Shown: piece by piece, positions 32,594 to 42,188 of the stretch
Position numbering within the stretch: position 1 is the stretch's first letter
Layout of the letters: each line of letters opens with the position of its first letter
Assembly: GCA_900545885.1 (NCBI GenBank)
Contig: URAF01000004.1
Coordinates: forward strand, 65,100-129,099
Direction: 5' to 3'
Source of the DNA: an uncultured Eubacteriales bacterium
GTDB lineage: Bacteria > Bacillota > Clostridia > Christensenellales > CAG-917
DNA: 64,000 nucleotides
Program-made: the position numbers and the translations under genes
Notes under the pieces: model-generated
The model's input: the letters and a program-made list of their open reading frames with translations, nothing else
Databases searched by the model: none
What the model was told of the DNA's origin: nothing

Positions 32594-33150
32594 AAAACAG
32601 GCTTACCAGAAAAATAGCGTTGTCGGGGCTCTTCCTTGCGCTTGCGCTCATAGTATCCCTTCTGGAAAATATGTTGCCGCCCGTAATACCCGCTTTGCCG
32701 TATGCAAAACTCGGACTGGGCAACGTGGTATTGCTCATGTGTTTCCTGACCCTCGGAGTAGGGGAAGGGTACGTCGTGCTTGTGCTCAAATGTTTGCTTG
32801 CCGCAGTCTTTGCGGGCAACTTTTCAATGCTTGTGTGGTCGTTGCCGTCGGCGGTTGTGGCTTACACTGCAATGGTGTTGCTTGCACGCACACGAATATT
32901 CTCGGTGGCAGGGCTTTCGACGGCGGGTGGAATGCTGCACAACGTGACGCAGATTGCCGTTGCAACGGGCGTTGTGGGCACGGCCGTTGCGGCATATTTG
33001 CCTTATATGATACTTGCGGGCGGTCTTGCCGGACTTGTTACGGGCGTTGTATGCCATTTCGTCATAGCCTTTTTCAAACGCAACGACCTTGCGGGCGGTG
33101 AAGATGTTTACGTCAGAGAACAGCGCGCCGAACTTTCGGACGAAGATTGA
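32590..33150 (+). CDS. Gx transporter family protein (formerly 'heptaprenyl diphosphate synthase component I')
   Basis: GTG start overlaps the upstream stop. IALSGLFLALALIVSLLENMLPP...PYAKLGLGNVVLL, with 5-6 TM segments. Confidence 0.8.
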   Translation: MKNRLTRKIALSGLFLALALIVSLLENMLPPVIPALPYAKLGLGNVVLLMCFLTLGVGEGYVVLVLKCLLAAVFAGNFSMLVWSLPSAVVAYTAMVLLARTRIFSVAGLSTAGGMLHNVTQIAVATGVVGTAVAAYLPYMILAGGLAGLVTGVVCHFVIAFFKRNDLAGGEDVYVREQRAELSDED

Positions 33151-33223
33151 AACGTAAAACAACACACGGCATAAATTCGGAACATTCTTTACACAAACGA
33201 AACCGACAGATTGACGACAAAAC

Positions 33224-33252
33224 AAAACCCCGCTTTTGCGGGGTTTTTATTT
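33224..33252. terminator. Bidirectional rho-independent terminator
   Basis: aaaaccccgc-tttt-gcggggttttt. It serves the plus-strand Gx gene and the minus-strand murG-operon tail. Confidence 0.85.
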
Positions 33253-33395
33253 CTGTTTGATTGTCAGGTTCGGAGTTCTGTTCGATTTGAATTGTACTTA
33301 AAATCCGACTTGGATTTTGAGTTAAAGTTTGACTTGGATTGCGGTTTGGATTACACCATTCGTTTAGACGGTGAAAGCCTTATGCGGAGTGCCTG

Positions 33396-33758
33396 TCAGG
33401 CTATGCGGTTAAGCGGTATGACGGCGCCGAAGAGCAGACACAGAATAAACATTACGGTTCCGATGAGGAACGCTATGACGCCGAACAGGAAAGAGAACTG
33501 CGCCATAGGGCGGTTGTGCAGAGCGGAGTTTGCCGACATTATTATTCCCGCAAAACTCAACGCAACGGCAAACGCGTTGAGGTAGGTTGCCGTCGTTATG
33601 AACGGAGTGCCAGATGCGGGCACGGCGTTCGGGACGAAAAACATAATGAGAGGAACCACGGCAAGCACGAATGCCACCGCACTGAGACAGAACCCGATGA
33701 AAAGCACCGTTTTGCTGCCTTTCGGATTGGTATCCTCGAAACGTCTTTCTCTGCGCAT
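33396..33758 (-). CDS. Hypothetical small membrane protein (3-4 TM)
   Basis: 120-aa ORF with hydrophobic segments and no motif I recognise. It is the last gene of the minus-strand murG transcription unit. Confidence 0.55.
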   Translation of the reverse strand: MRRERRFEDTNPKGSKTVLFIGFCLSAVAFVLAVVPLIMFFVPNAVPASGTPFITTATYLNAFAVALSFAGIIMSANSALHNRPMAQFSFLFGVIAFLIGTVMFILCLLFGAVIPLNRIA

Positions 33759-33850
33759 ATTTTAAGTTTACCTTAAAAGTTTTGCGAAGTCAACCGCATA
33801 CGCCTTTTCCCCGAAAGCAGGGGAAGATTGCGCGTGTTGTGACCTTTGGT

Positions 33851-35164
33851 TCAGGCGATGTTTACGGAGAGCAGGAAGCAGTCCGATTTGCCGAAATTCT
33901 GATAGCATACGTCCTGCGCGTAAGCTGTGGAGAACGCTATATCGACAGAACCGCCGCGCACCGCCGCGGTCAGTTTTTCGACGTCCTGTGCGGGCAGAGA
34001 GACCAACGACTTCAATTCGTCCGAACCGTCCAGCATATATATATCCGTGCTTTGGGCAAGCGACACGGCAAACAGTCTTGCGTCCTGCGAATTGCGCACG
34101 TACAGAACCTTTCCGAAATTTACGGAGTTGGGTTTGGAAGATATGAGGTCAAGGTGCCTGCAATAGGTTTCGGTTACGCCGCTTCTTACAAGCGTAACGG
34201 ATATTCCGTCGCTGAAAATCACAGCTCCGTCAAGGCTTCCGAGCGCCGCGGACGCTTCCTGCGCGCCCTCCGCGTTCAGAACGGTAAGCACGCCGCCGTC
34301 CGCGGTTTTTCCTAGCATTGCATACGCCGTGCCTTCTTCGCCTGCAAGCGGAACAATTTGCAGCAATTCGGTGTTTGTATACACTTTTTGAACGTTAAAT
34401 CCTTGTTTTTGTGTAAATCTGACTATTGCGACATTTCCTTCGGAAGTCGCTGTAAAGAGCAGAACGCCGCCCGCGACGGGGAATGTTTCGACCACGGAAT
34501 GGTCTGTTTCGGGAAGGTAAAACGCGCTCTTTTCAAGTTGCATTCCTTCCGAAAGAACGGCGCATTTCAAGCCTTGCGTGTCCGTATAGAATATGTAGGT
34601 CGAAGTCCCTGCCGAGTATGCCGCGGCGGTGGTGAATTCGGGAAAATCCGCAAGTCCGTTTTGTCTGCCGTCCGCGTCGAAAAGGCGGAGTTTGTTGCCG
34701 TCGGAATGTTTTGTAAGCACCACGGTTCCGTCTGCCGTGAACTTGGAAAAGACAATGTCGCCTTTGTCCGCAAAACGCGTTACGGCGTTGAGTTGGCTGT
34801 CCGAGAAAACAGCGACGTAAAGTCCCTCGCCGCGACAGTCGAATTCCAGAGAATCGGAGGAGAAGAACATAAGCGTGCTTTGCGCCGTGAACACCGTTTC
34901 GCAAAACACGTCGTCGCCTTCGCCGCCCGCGTGCGCCACTTTCTGTCCGCCGTAACTTTGAGATACTCTCGGCAGAGTCGTATAGTAAGGCGGGTCGGGT
35001 TCGGGGTCTGGAACGGGGGTTTCGTTGCCGCCGCCGTCAGCCCCTGCGGACGCCTGTCCGCCGCCGTCGACGTATAGTGCGTCGTACATTATGTACGCTC
35101 CCACCGCTACGGTGCAGAGCAGAATTATTGCCAGCCATTTGGCTACCGTTTTTTGTCTTTGCAT
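33851..35164 (-). CDS. Hypothetical N-terminally membrane-anchored, beta-rich extracytoplasmic protein
   Basis: ATG at 35164 follows SD GAGGTG. MQRQKTVAKWLAIILLCTVAVGAYIMY is a signal anchor, followed by a G/P/D-rich linker and ~380 aa of beta-strand-like sequence. The start overlaps the murG 3' end by 22 nt. The longer track ORF (to 35842) is out of frame over murG and is rejected. Confidence 0.65.
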   Translation of the reverse strand: MQRQKTVAKWLAIILLCTVAVGAYIMYDALYVDGGGQASAGADGGGNETPVPDPEPDPPYYTTLPRVSQSYGGQKVAHAGGEGDDVFCETVFTAQSTLMFFSSDSLEFDCRGEGLYVAVFSDSQLNAVTRFADKGDIVFSKFTADGTVVLTKHSDGNKLRLFDADGRQNGLADFPEFTTAAAYSAGTSTYIFYTDTQGLKCAVLSEGMQLEKSAFYLPETDHSVVETFPVAGGVLLFTATSEGNVAIVRFTQKQGFNVQKVYTNTELLQIVPLAGEEGTAYAMLGKTADGGVLTVLNAEGAQEASAALGSLDGAVIFSDGISVTLVRSGVTETYCRHLDLISSKPNSVNFGKVLYVRNSQDARLFAVSLAQSTDIYMLDGSDELKSLVSLPAQDVEKLTAAVRGGSVDIAFSTAYAQDVCYQNFGKSDCFLLSVNIA

Positions 35165-36210
35165 TTCACACCTCGCCGCATTGTAACATCGGCGATGTAT
35201 GCAATTTTTCCGTTTGCGTCGCAGGATATACTCTTCATCGGAGCGGACTCCATACATTTTTTGACGGCAGGGTAAAGTCGGTGTATAAATTTGTCGTCTT
35301 GTACAAGAACGGACGCTCCGAATTTCCTTGCAAGTTCGGCGTTGGGTATCTGGTCGCCGCGCGATACGCCTTTGGGCAGGGGTACGACGATTGCGCGTTT
35401 GCCGAGTGCGGCAAGTTCGGCAACGGCGGTTGCTCCCGCTCGAGAAAGAACCGCGTCCGCCGCGGCGTAAAGACTGCCCATATCGTCGGAGTATTCGAGA
35501 GGGATATATTTTTCCGAGCGCGGCGGCAAGCCTTCGGTTTTGCCTTTGCCAGTTATGTGGATTATCGTACACAGTCGAACAAGCGACGGCAGTACCGTGG
35601 CAACCGCTTCGTTCATTGCCTGCGCGCCGCTGCTTCCGCCGACGACAAGCAAAACCTTTTCGCGCGGAGATATACCGAGTTTTCTGCGTTCGGCGGCTCC
35701 GTCCTTGCAGAACAGCTCTTCGCGGACTGGCATTCCGACAAATTCGCCGAAGTTCACGTCGGGATATGCCGTCAGAACTTTGGCTCCAAGCGATTTTGCT
35801 ATGCGGTTGGAGATGCCGAGCGTTGAGTCGGACTCGTGGCATATGACGGGAATTTTCAGGCTGTGCGCCGCAAGTACGAAGGGTAGGGCTGCAAATCCGC
35901 CTTTTGAAAACACGACGTCGGGTTTTTGTTCTTCGAGTATCTTTTGCGCTTGTTTTTTCCCTGCGGACAGAACCCGCGGAATGGTCAGGTTGTTTTTCAT
36001 CGCGGCGGGCGACGCGGAACGTACGAGTTTTACGCAGGGTACGCCGAAAAATTCAAGTCGGTTTACCTTTGCTATGCGCGCTTCCGCGCTTTCGCCTTCC
36101 GCTCCTCCGTATATGACGTCGAAACCGCGTCGTTCAAGCGCGGGTATGAGTGCGATGTTAGGGTAAATATGGCCGCCCGTGCCGCCTCCCGTAAGCAAAA
36201 TTTTTTTCAT
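35143..36210 (-). CDS. murG: Undecaprenyldiphospho-muramoylpentapeptide beta-N-acetylglucosaminyltransferase
   Basis: ATG at 36210 follows GGGAGA. MKKILLTGGGTGGHIYPNIAL, and the GT28 C-terminal domain LVVGGSSGAQAMNEAV...SRAGATAVAELAALGKRAIVVP. Confidence 0.93.
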   Translation of the reverse strand: MKKILLTGGGTGGHIYPNIALIPALERRGFDVIYGGAEGESAEARIAKVNRLEFFGVPCVKLVRSASPAAMKNNLTIPRVLSAGKKQAQKILEEQKPDVVFSKGGFAALPFVLAAHSLKIPVICHESDSTLGISNRIAKSLGAKVLTAYPDVNFGEFVGMPVREELFCKDGAAERRKLGISPREKVLLVVGGSSGAQAMNEAVATVLPSLVRLCTIIHITGKGKTEGLPPRSEKYIPLEYSDDMGSLYAAADAVLSRAGATAVAELAALGKRAIVVPLPKGVSRGDQIPNAELARKFGASVLVQDDKFIHRLYPAVKKCMESAPMKSISCDANGKIAYIADVTMRRGVKCKDKKR

Positions 36211-36338
36211 ATAATCTCCCTTTGCGCGACGGGATTTGCGCCGCGCTATCATAGTATGCCCGAAAAAATATTTAGTTTGCATTTTGCGTATATGCGTGTT
36301 AAGATAAGTTTACTGACAACAAAAAAGGCGGGAGTATT

Positions 36339-37259
36339 ATGAAAAACGAAAAGTTTACAAGTTTTGACGGCACGGTTTTGCAGTGCTATCTCTGGAACGA
36401 CGTCAAGAATCCCAAAGGCGTTGTGCAGATTTCTCACGGTATGGCGGAACACGCAAGAAGATACGACAATTTCGCCACTTTCCTCAACCGCAACGGATAC
36501 ATAGTTTACGCCGACGACCACCGTGCGCACGGGCTTACCAGCACCAAGCAGAGCACAAAAGGCGTGAAAGGTTACCATAAAGGCGACATCTACATGGACA
36601 CCGTGAAAGACGAAATCGCAATCACGGACTATCTTGCCGAAAAATACGGTCTGCCCGTTGTGTATCTCGGTCACAGCTACGGCAGTATGCTCGGTCAGAG
36701 ATACATCGAAATGCCCAACAAATCCTGCGGAGCGGTGTTGTGCGGGTCTGCGAACATGAAAGGCGCGGTGCTCGGACTCGGTTCGTCGATAGCGAACATG
36801 CAGTACGCGTTGCTCGGCGGCGAAAAGGAAGGCAAACTTCTCAACAGCCTGAGTTTCGGTTCGTATAACGCAAAGTTCAAAAAGGACAAAACTCCTTTTG
36901 CGTGGCTGTCCCGCGATAAGGAACAGGTCAAGAAATACATCTTCGACGAGCAGTGCGGATACACGATGTCGATAGCCTTCTTTAAGTTCTTCTTCCAAGG
37001 GCTCAAATCCTCTTACAAGAGCGACAATCTCGCAGGTATCGACAAGAACAAACCCATTGCAATTTTCTCGGGTGCGCAAGACCCCGTCGGTGGAGCGGGC
37101 AAACTCGTCAAAAAGCTGTACGATATGTACAAGAACCTCGGCGTCAAAGACGTCACGATGAAACTTTACGACGGCGCGCGTCACGAAATTCTGAACGAAA
37201 CCAACAACGCCGAAGTTTACGCCGATTTCCTCGCCGCAATCGAGAAAATGACGAAGTAA
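36339..37259 (+). CDS. Alpha/beta hydrolase (lysophospholipase / monoacylglycerol lipase-like)
   Basis: HGMAEHARRYDNFATFLNRNGYIVYADDHRAHG, nucleophile elbow GHSYGS, C-terminal YDGARHEILNE. Confidence 0.85.
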   Translation: MKNEKFTSFDGTVLQCYLWNDVKNPKGVVQISHGMAEHARRYDNFATFLNRNGYIVYADDHRAHGLTSTKQSTKGVKGYHKGDIYMDTVKDEIAITDYLAEKYGLPVVYLGHSYGSMLGQRYIEMPNKSCGAVLCGSANMKGAVLGLGSSIANMQYALLGGEKEGKLLNSLSFGSYNAKFKKDKTPFAWLSRDKEQVKKYIFDEQCGYTMSIAFFKFFFQGLKSSYKSDNLAGIDKNKPIAIFSGAQDPVGGAGKLVKKLYDMYKNLGVKDVTMKLYDGARHEILNETNNAEVYADFLAAIEKMTK

Positions 37260-37290
37260 CAAACACGGAGAATTAAACCGATTTGACGAA

Positions 37291-37317
37291 GGGAGCGCGA
37301 ACCGCGCTTCCTTTTTT
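37291..37317 (+). terminator. Rho-independent terminator after the hydrolase gene
   Basis: gggagcgcg-aac-cgcgcttcc (one G-U pair), followed by T6. Confidence 0.8.
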
Positions 37318-37393
37318 ATGTCCGTAACCGTGATTTATCGGATTGTTGCGTCGCGGAAGATTGCGGCATTTTACATTGTCGGTTTGAAAATTC

Positions 37394-37432
37394 TGCGCTG
37401 TTTGCGTAATGTAATATGCGCTGTTTGCGTAA
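37394..37432 (+). repeat. Perfect 16-nt direct repeat with 23-nt period
   Basis: tgcgctgtttgcgtaa occurs at 37394-37409 and again at 37417-37432, ~70 nt upstream of the topoisomerase -10 element. Confidence 0.9.
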
Positions 37433-37496
37433 GGGAAATTATATTCATAAATTGTAGAAAAATATGTTTCAAACACTTTTATTGCGCTAGATGTTG

Positions 37497-37505
37497 TGGT
37501 ATAAT
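37497..37505 (+). promoter_or_regulatory. Extended -10 promoter element upstream of the topoisomerase B-subunit gene
   Basis: TGgTATAAT with a weak -35, ~110 nt before the ATG at 37618. Confidence 0.5.
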
Positions 37506-37617
37506 CAATTATATTTGTTTTGCGCACACAACGCGCGTCGCGTGCACGGGGGATGTTTTTTACGGTTGTCGGTGCGGCGTGCTTGCGGTAATTCGAAATC
37601 TGACACAAGGAATACAT

Positions 37618-39576
37618 ATGGCAAATCACGAATACAAAGCAGGTGATATCAGGGTCCTCGAAGGGCTTGACGCGGTCAGAAAACGTCCGGGTATGTACAT
37701 CGGTACCACGGGCGCGAAAGGCATGCATCACATTCTTTGGGAAATCATCGACAACAGCGTCGACGAAGTCGCAAACGGTTTCGGCGACACCGTTACAATC
37801 GAGCTTCTCGAAGACAACGTGGCACGGGTCAGCGACAACGGCAGAGGTATCCCCGTAGACAAGCACCCCAAACTCAAAATCAGCGGTGTTGAAGTCGTTT
37901 TCACGCAGCTGCACGCGGGTGCGAAGTTCGACAGCGGTCAGTACGCTTATTCGGGCGGTCTGCACGGCGTGGGCGCGTCCGTCACAAACGCGCTTTCTGA
38001 ATGGCTTACCGTCGACGTCAAACGCGACGGACACCTTTACCGCGCCGAGTTCTGGTCGCCGCAGGTCGGCGGCAAAATCAAAAGCGGCGTCGTCAAAACT
38101 CCGCTTACGCTCATCGGCAAAACCAAAGAGAAAGGCTCTACCGTTACGTTCAAGCCCGACGAAAGAGTGTTCGGGACGGAAAAGTTTTCCTATTCGGTCA
38201 TTGCGCAGAGAATGCGCGAAGTCGCATACCTCAACAAAGGCATAACAATCAAACTTCTCGACAGCCGTCTTCCTCTTGCCGGCGGAACGGAAAAAAACGA
38301 TACGTTCTGCTATAAGGGCGGCATTGCCGATTACGTTCAGTACCTCAACGAGGGCAGAACGGTTCTTTACGACAAACCACTTTACGTCGAGGCAAAAGAA
38401 GAGCATTTCGAAGTCGCGGTCGCAATTCAGCACACCGACGGATACGCCGAAAACATCTATTCGTACGTCAACAGCATTCCGACAGCCGAAGGCGGTACGC
38501 ACGAGGCGGGTTTCAAGTCGGCGGTCACGAGAGTGTTCAACGATTTTGCGAGAAAGAACAACATTCTCAAAGAAAAACAGGCAAACCTGCTCGGCGAGGA
38601 TTTCCGCGAAGGTATGGTTGCGGTTATAACCGTCAAAATGCAGAACGTTCAGTTCGAAGGACAGACCAAAGGCAAACTCGGCAACCCCGAAGTCAAGGGC
38701 AAGGTCGAAGCGCTCGTCAGCGAAAGGCTGGAAGCGTTGATTGCGATGAGAGGGTTCAAGTCCGCGGCGGAGAAAATCGTTAATAAGGCAATGGGAGCCG
38801 CGAAGTCCAGAGAGGCCGCAAAACGCGCAAAAGACATCGCTCGTCAGCAGAACAAACTCAACGGGCTCAACCTCGTCGGAAAACTCAGCAGCTGCACGGG
38901 AAGAAACGCGGCAATAAACGAACTGTTCATAGTCGAGGGCGACAGTGCGGGCGGAAGTGCGAAACAGGCGCGCGACAGGAGTTTTCAGGCAATTCTGCCG
39001 CTCCGCGGCAAGCCGCTCAACGTTGAAAAGGCACCGCTTGAAAAAATCCTTGCAAACGAAGAAATTTCCACAATCATCAGTGCGCTCGGTACGGGTATCG
39101 AACCTTCCTTCAACATCGAGGATTTGAAGTACGACAAAGTCATAATCCTTGCGGACGCAGACCAGGACGGCGCGCATATAAGAGCGTTGTTGCTCACGTT
39201 CTTCTTCCGCTATATGCGTCAGCTCATCACGGAAGGGCACGTTTATATCGGAATGCCTCCTCTTTACAAAATGCAGAAAAAGGACGAAGTCAAGTATTAC
39301 TACGACGACGCCGCACTCGAAGAGGGCAGAAAAGAGATGGGCAAGACCGCGTTGTTGCAGCGTTTCAAGGGATTGGGCGAAATGAACCCCGAACAGCTTT
39401 GGGACACCACTATGGATCCCGCTCACCGTGCGCTTACACGCGTTACGATTGAAGACGCGGCGGCGGCGGACAAACGCATAACCGTGCTTATGGGCGACGA
39501 CAGCGCGATAAGAAAGGATTATATCTACCAGTACGCGGACTTTAACAGAGTGGACAATTTCGAAGTGGCGGAATAA
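37618..39576 (+). CDS. gyrB: Type IIA topoisomerase subunit B (DNA gyrase B; ParE not excluded)
   Basis: IRVLEGLDAVRKRPGMYIG, GHKL ATPase domain, Toprim IVEGDSAGGSAKQARDR and PLRGKPLNVEKA, DADQDGAHIRALLLTFF. 652 aa. The in-frame track extension from 37318 lies over the promoter and is rejected. Confidence 0.9.
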   Translation: MANHEYKAGDIRVLEGLDAVRKRPGMYIGTTGAKGMHHILWEIIDNSVDEVANGFGDTVTIELLEDNVARVSDNGRGIPVDKHPKLKISGVEVVFTQLHAGAKFDSGQYAYSGGLHGVGASVTNALSEWLTVDVKRDGHLYRAEFWSPQVGGKIKSGVVKTPLTLIGKTKEKGSTVTFKPDERVFGTEKFSYSVIAQRMREVAYLNKGITIKLLDSRLPLAGGTEKNDTFCYKGGIADYVQYLNEGRTVLYDKPLYVEAKEEHFEVAVAIQHTDGYAENIYSYVNSIPTAEGGTHEAGFKSAVTRVFNDFARKNNILKEKQANLLGEDFREGMVAVITVKMQNVQFEGQTKGKLGNPEVKGKVEALVSERLEALIAMRGFKSAAEKIVNKAMGAAKSREAAKRAKDIARQQNKLNGLNLVGKLSSCTGRNAAINELFIVEGDSAGGSAKQARDRSFQAILPLRGKPLNVEKAPLEKILANEEISTIISALGTGIEPSFNIEDLKYDKVIILADADQDGAHIRALLLTFFFRYMRQLITEGHVYIGMPPLYKMQKKDEVKYYYDDAALEEGRKEMGKTALLQRFKGLGEMNPEQLWDTTMDPAHRALTRVTIEDAAAADKRITVLMGDDSAIRKDYIYQYADFNRVDNFEVAE

Positions 39577-39735
39577 CCTTCCGTCTGCGGTTGCGGGGAA
39601 ACCGGCAACGGACTTTGAAAGGGTAATGCGTATACAATTCAATCGTGTAAACAATTTCACTCCGCGTGTCGGACGACGTCATAACGGTTCGGTGCGCAGG
39701 GGATAAACAATAGGGCGCAAGCCCCAAACGGAATT

Positions 39736-42153
39736 ATGGGAAGAAAAGAAGCAAAGAACCTCAGTTACAATACCGTAGTGTACGACGTCGTATTCGAAGA
39801 CGTTATGCACAACAGTATGCTGCCGTACTCCGAGAACGTCATTCTCGACCGTGCTTTGCCGCGAGTTGAAGACGGTCTCAAACCCGTGCAGAGACGTATC
39901 CTTTACGCTATGCACGAAATGGGACTTACTCCCGACAAACCCTACAAGAAGTCGGCGCGTATCGTCGGCGACTGTCTGGGTAAGTATCATCCCCACGGCG
40001 ACAGTTCCGTTTACGGCGCAATGGTGAGAATGGCACAGTCGTTCTCGATGAGAATGAAACTCGTCGACGGTCACGGCAACTTCGGTTCGGTGGACGGTGA
40101 CCCGCCCGCGGCTATGCGTTATACCGAAGCCAGAATGAGCCCTCTTGCGCTCGAACTGCTGCGCGACCTTGACAAAGACACGGTTACATGGAGCCCCAAC
40201 TTCGACGACAGTATGGAAGAACCCAATATGTTGCCGGGGCGTTTTCCGAACCTGCTTGTCAACGGTGCGACGGGTATTGCGGTCGGACTTGCAACCAACA
40301 TACCCCCTCACAATATGGGCGAGTCGATTGACGCGGTTGTGGCGACAATCGACAATCCCAAAATCACCACGAAGGAACTTTTGCAGATAGTTCACGGACC
40401 CGATTTTCCGACGGGCGGATTCATCATTCCCGTGGACAGTCTGGAAAGCATATACGAAACGGGCAAGGGCAAAATCAAAATCCGCGCCCGTGTGCACATC
40501 GAAGACGACGGCGGAAAGAAGAACATCGTCATCACGGAAATGCCGTATCAGGTGTCCAAGACCGACGTTCTGAAAGCCATTGCGAAACTGCGCGAAGACA
40601 ACAAGGAACTTTTGTCGGGCATAAACGAAATCGTCGACGAAAGCGACAAGTCGGGTATGCGTGCCGTCATCAAACTCAAACGCGAAGCCGACGCAGGCAA
40701 AATCGTGTCTTTCCTGTTCAAGAAAACCAATCTCGAACTCGGGTATTCAATCAATATGGTCGCCATTGCGGGCGGCAAACCCGAGCAGATGGGACTGAAA
40801 GACATTCTGACATATTACATCGCATATCAGCGCGAAGTAATCGTCCGCAGAACGACGTTTGAACTCAAAGCAGCAAAACAGCGTGCGGAAATCGTGCGCG
40901 GATTGTTGATTGCCATTCGCAACATCGACGAAGTCATCAGAATAATCAAGGCGTCGGAGTCCACGCAGAAAGCAAAACAGGCGTTGCGCGAACGTTTCGA
41001 CCTCACGGAAGACCAGGCGCAGGCAATTGTCGATATGCGTCTTAAAGCGCTCACTCATCTCGAAGTCGGCAAACTCGAACAGGAACTTGCCGAACTCGAA
41101 AAGAGAATTGCGTATCTCACCGCCGTGCTTGCTTCTCCGCGCAGACAGTACAACGTAATCAAAGACGAAATTCTGCAAATCAAAAAGAATATGAACTCGG
41201 CGAGAATGTCCGTAATCCTTTCGGAAGACGAAGGCGAGAAAATCGAACTTCCCACCGAAGAAGAAGCGGTGTCTTACCGTGACGGAGTACTCGTGCAGTC
41301 TACGGCGGGGACTTTGCGGTTTATGTCGCAGAAGAACTATTCCGCACTCGTCAAGGAAGCTCCGTCGCTCAACGGCGAACTTCCCGTATGTGCCGAAGTC
41401 GTCAACAACAAAGGCTGGCTTTATGTGTTCACCGACAGGGGCAATATGGCAAAAATAGACATCACCGACGTGCCCGAAAAGAAATGGAAAGACAGGGGAA
41501 TGACCCTTTCGCAGTTCAACGCCGAAATTCATATCGACGAGAAACCAATAAAGATAATGTTTTTCGGTTCGACACCCGTCGGAGAGTTGCTATTCTTCAC
41601 CAAAAAAGGTATAGTAAAACGCAGTGACTGGAACGACTATACGTCGATGCGCGGAGCGGGCTCGGCGATAATTCTCGGCGAGGGCGACAGCCTTATAAAC
41701 GTGGAGCAGGTAGGTGAAAACACCAACGTGCTCGAAGTCACCAAAGGCGGCTTGTGTCTTGTGTACGGGGTGGACGAAGTTCCCGTCCAAGGCAGAAAGG
41801 CGGCGGGGGTCAAAGGCGTCAAACTCGGCGACGGCGACAGCGTTGCGTTCGGCGGACAAATCGACGACGAAGGCGAAATCATAGTGGTGTCTTCAAACGG
41901 CTATGCGAAACGCGTCATATCGTCTACGCTCGACCCCGGTTCCAGATACCTCAAAGGCGTCAAAATCATCGAACTCGACCGCGGCGAAGTGTTTTATGTC
42001 GGCACAGTCAAAATGCCGTACGACCTCGCGGTTTCTTCGGGGGGAGAAACCACGTTGCTCAACACGGAGAATATCCGCATAGACACGCGTACGACGAAAG
42101 GTAAGTTGTTGTACAAGGCGGGCGTCTCCGCAGTGGTCAAAGTTTTGGAATAA
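39736..42153 (+). CDS. gyrA: Type IIA topoisomerase subunit A (GyrA-like core; C-terminal domain lacks a recognisable GyrA box)
   Basis: [62 protein letters not shown] (active-site Tyr), and a beta-pinwheel CTD with [12 protein letters not shown]-type blades. No Q(R/K)RGG(R/K)G motif is visible. Confidence 0.88.
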   Translation: MGRKEAKNLSYNTVVYDVVFEDVMHNSMLPYSENVILDRALPRVEDGLKPVQRRILYAMHEMGLTPDKPYKKSARIVGDCLGKYHPHGDSSVYGAMVRMAQSFSMRMKLVDGHGNFGSVDGDPPAAMRYTEARMSPLALELLRDLDKDTVTWSPNFDDSMEEPNMLPGRFPNLLVNGATGIAVGLATNIPPHNMGESIDAVVATIDNPKITTKELLQIVHGPDFPTGGFIIPVDSLESIYETGKGKIKIRARVHIEDDGGKKNIVITEMPYQVSKTDVLKAIAKLREDNKELLSGINEIVDESDKSGMRAVIKLKREADAGKIVSFLFKKTNLELGYSINMVAIAGGKPEQMGLKDILTYYIAYQREVIVRRTTFELKAAKQRAEIVRGLLIAIRNIDEVIRIIKASESTQKAKQALRERFDLTEDQAQAIVDMRLKALTHLEVGKLEQELAELEKRIAYLTAVLASPRRQYNVIKDEILQIKKNMNSARMSVILSEDEGEKIELPTEEEAVSYRDGVLVQSTAGTLRFMSQKNYSALVKEAPSLNGELPVCAEVVNNKGWLYVFTDRGNMAKIDITDVPEKKWKDRGMTLSQFNAEIHIDEKPIKIMFFGSTPVGELLFFTKKGIVKRSDWNDYTSMRGAGSAIILGEGDSLINVEQVGENTNVLEVTKGGLCLVYGVDEVPVQGRKAAGVKGVKLGDGDSVAFGGQIDDEGEIIVVSSNGYAKRVISSTLDPGSRYLKGVKIIELDRGEVFYVGTVKMPYDLAVSSGGETTLLNTENIRIDTRTTKGKLLYKAGVSAVVKVLE

Positions 42154-42188
42154 GGAAAGTCAAGGAAGGATATATCGAGGTAATCCAA

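Noticed and set aside
35165-35842. Upstream extension of the 33851-35164 ORF across murG
   Set aside because: It is out of frame over murG and Arg-rich. The SD plus ATG followed by a signal anchor at 35164 is the sensible start.
37318-37617. In-frame extension upstream of the gyrB-like gene
   Set aside because: It covers the AT-rich promoter and repeat region and is Cys/Ile/Phe-rich. The conserved N-terminus (ANHEYKAGDIRVLEGLDAVRKRPGMYIG) starts at 37618.
37273-39660. 795-aa minus-strand ORF covering the topoisomerase B-subunit gene. The same applies to 18716-20542 over thrS, 41994-43580 over gyrA/DUF1846, 6528-8243 over the GH32-like gene, 46628-47593 over pepF and 49554-50666 over dnaB.
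   Set aside because: All are antisense to genes with unambiguous conserved motifs and show no motifs of their own. This is the same codon-bias artefact.
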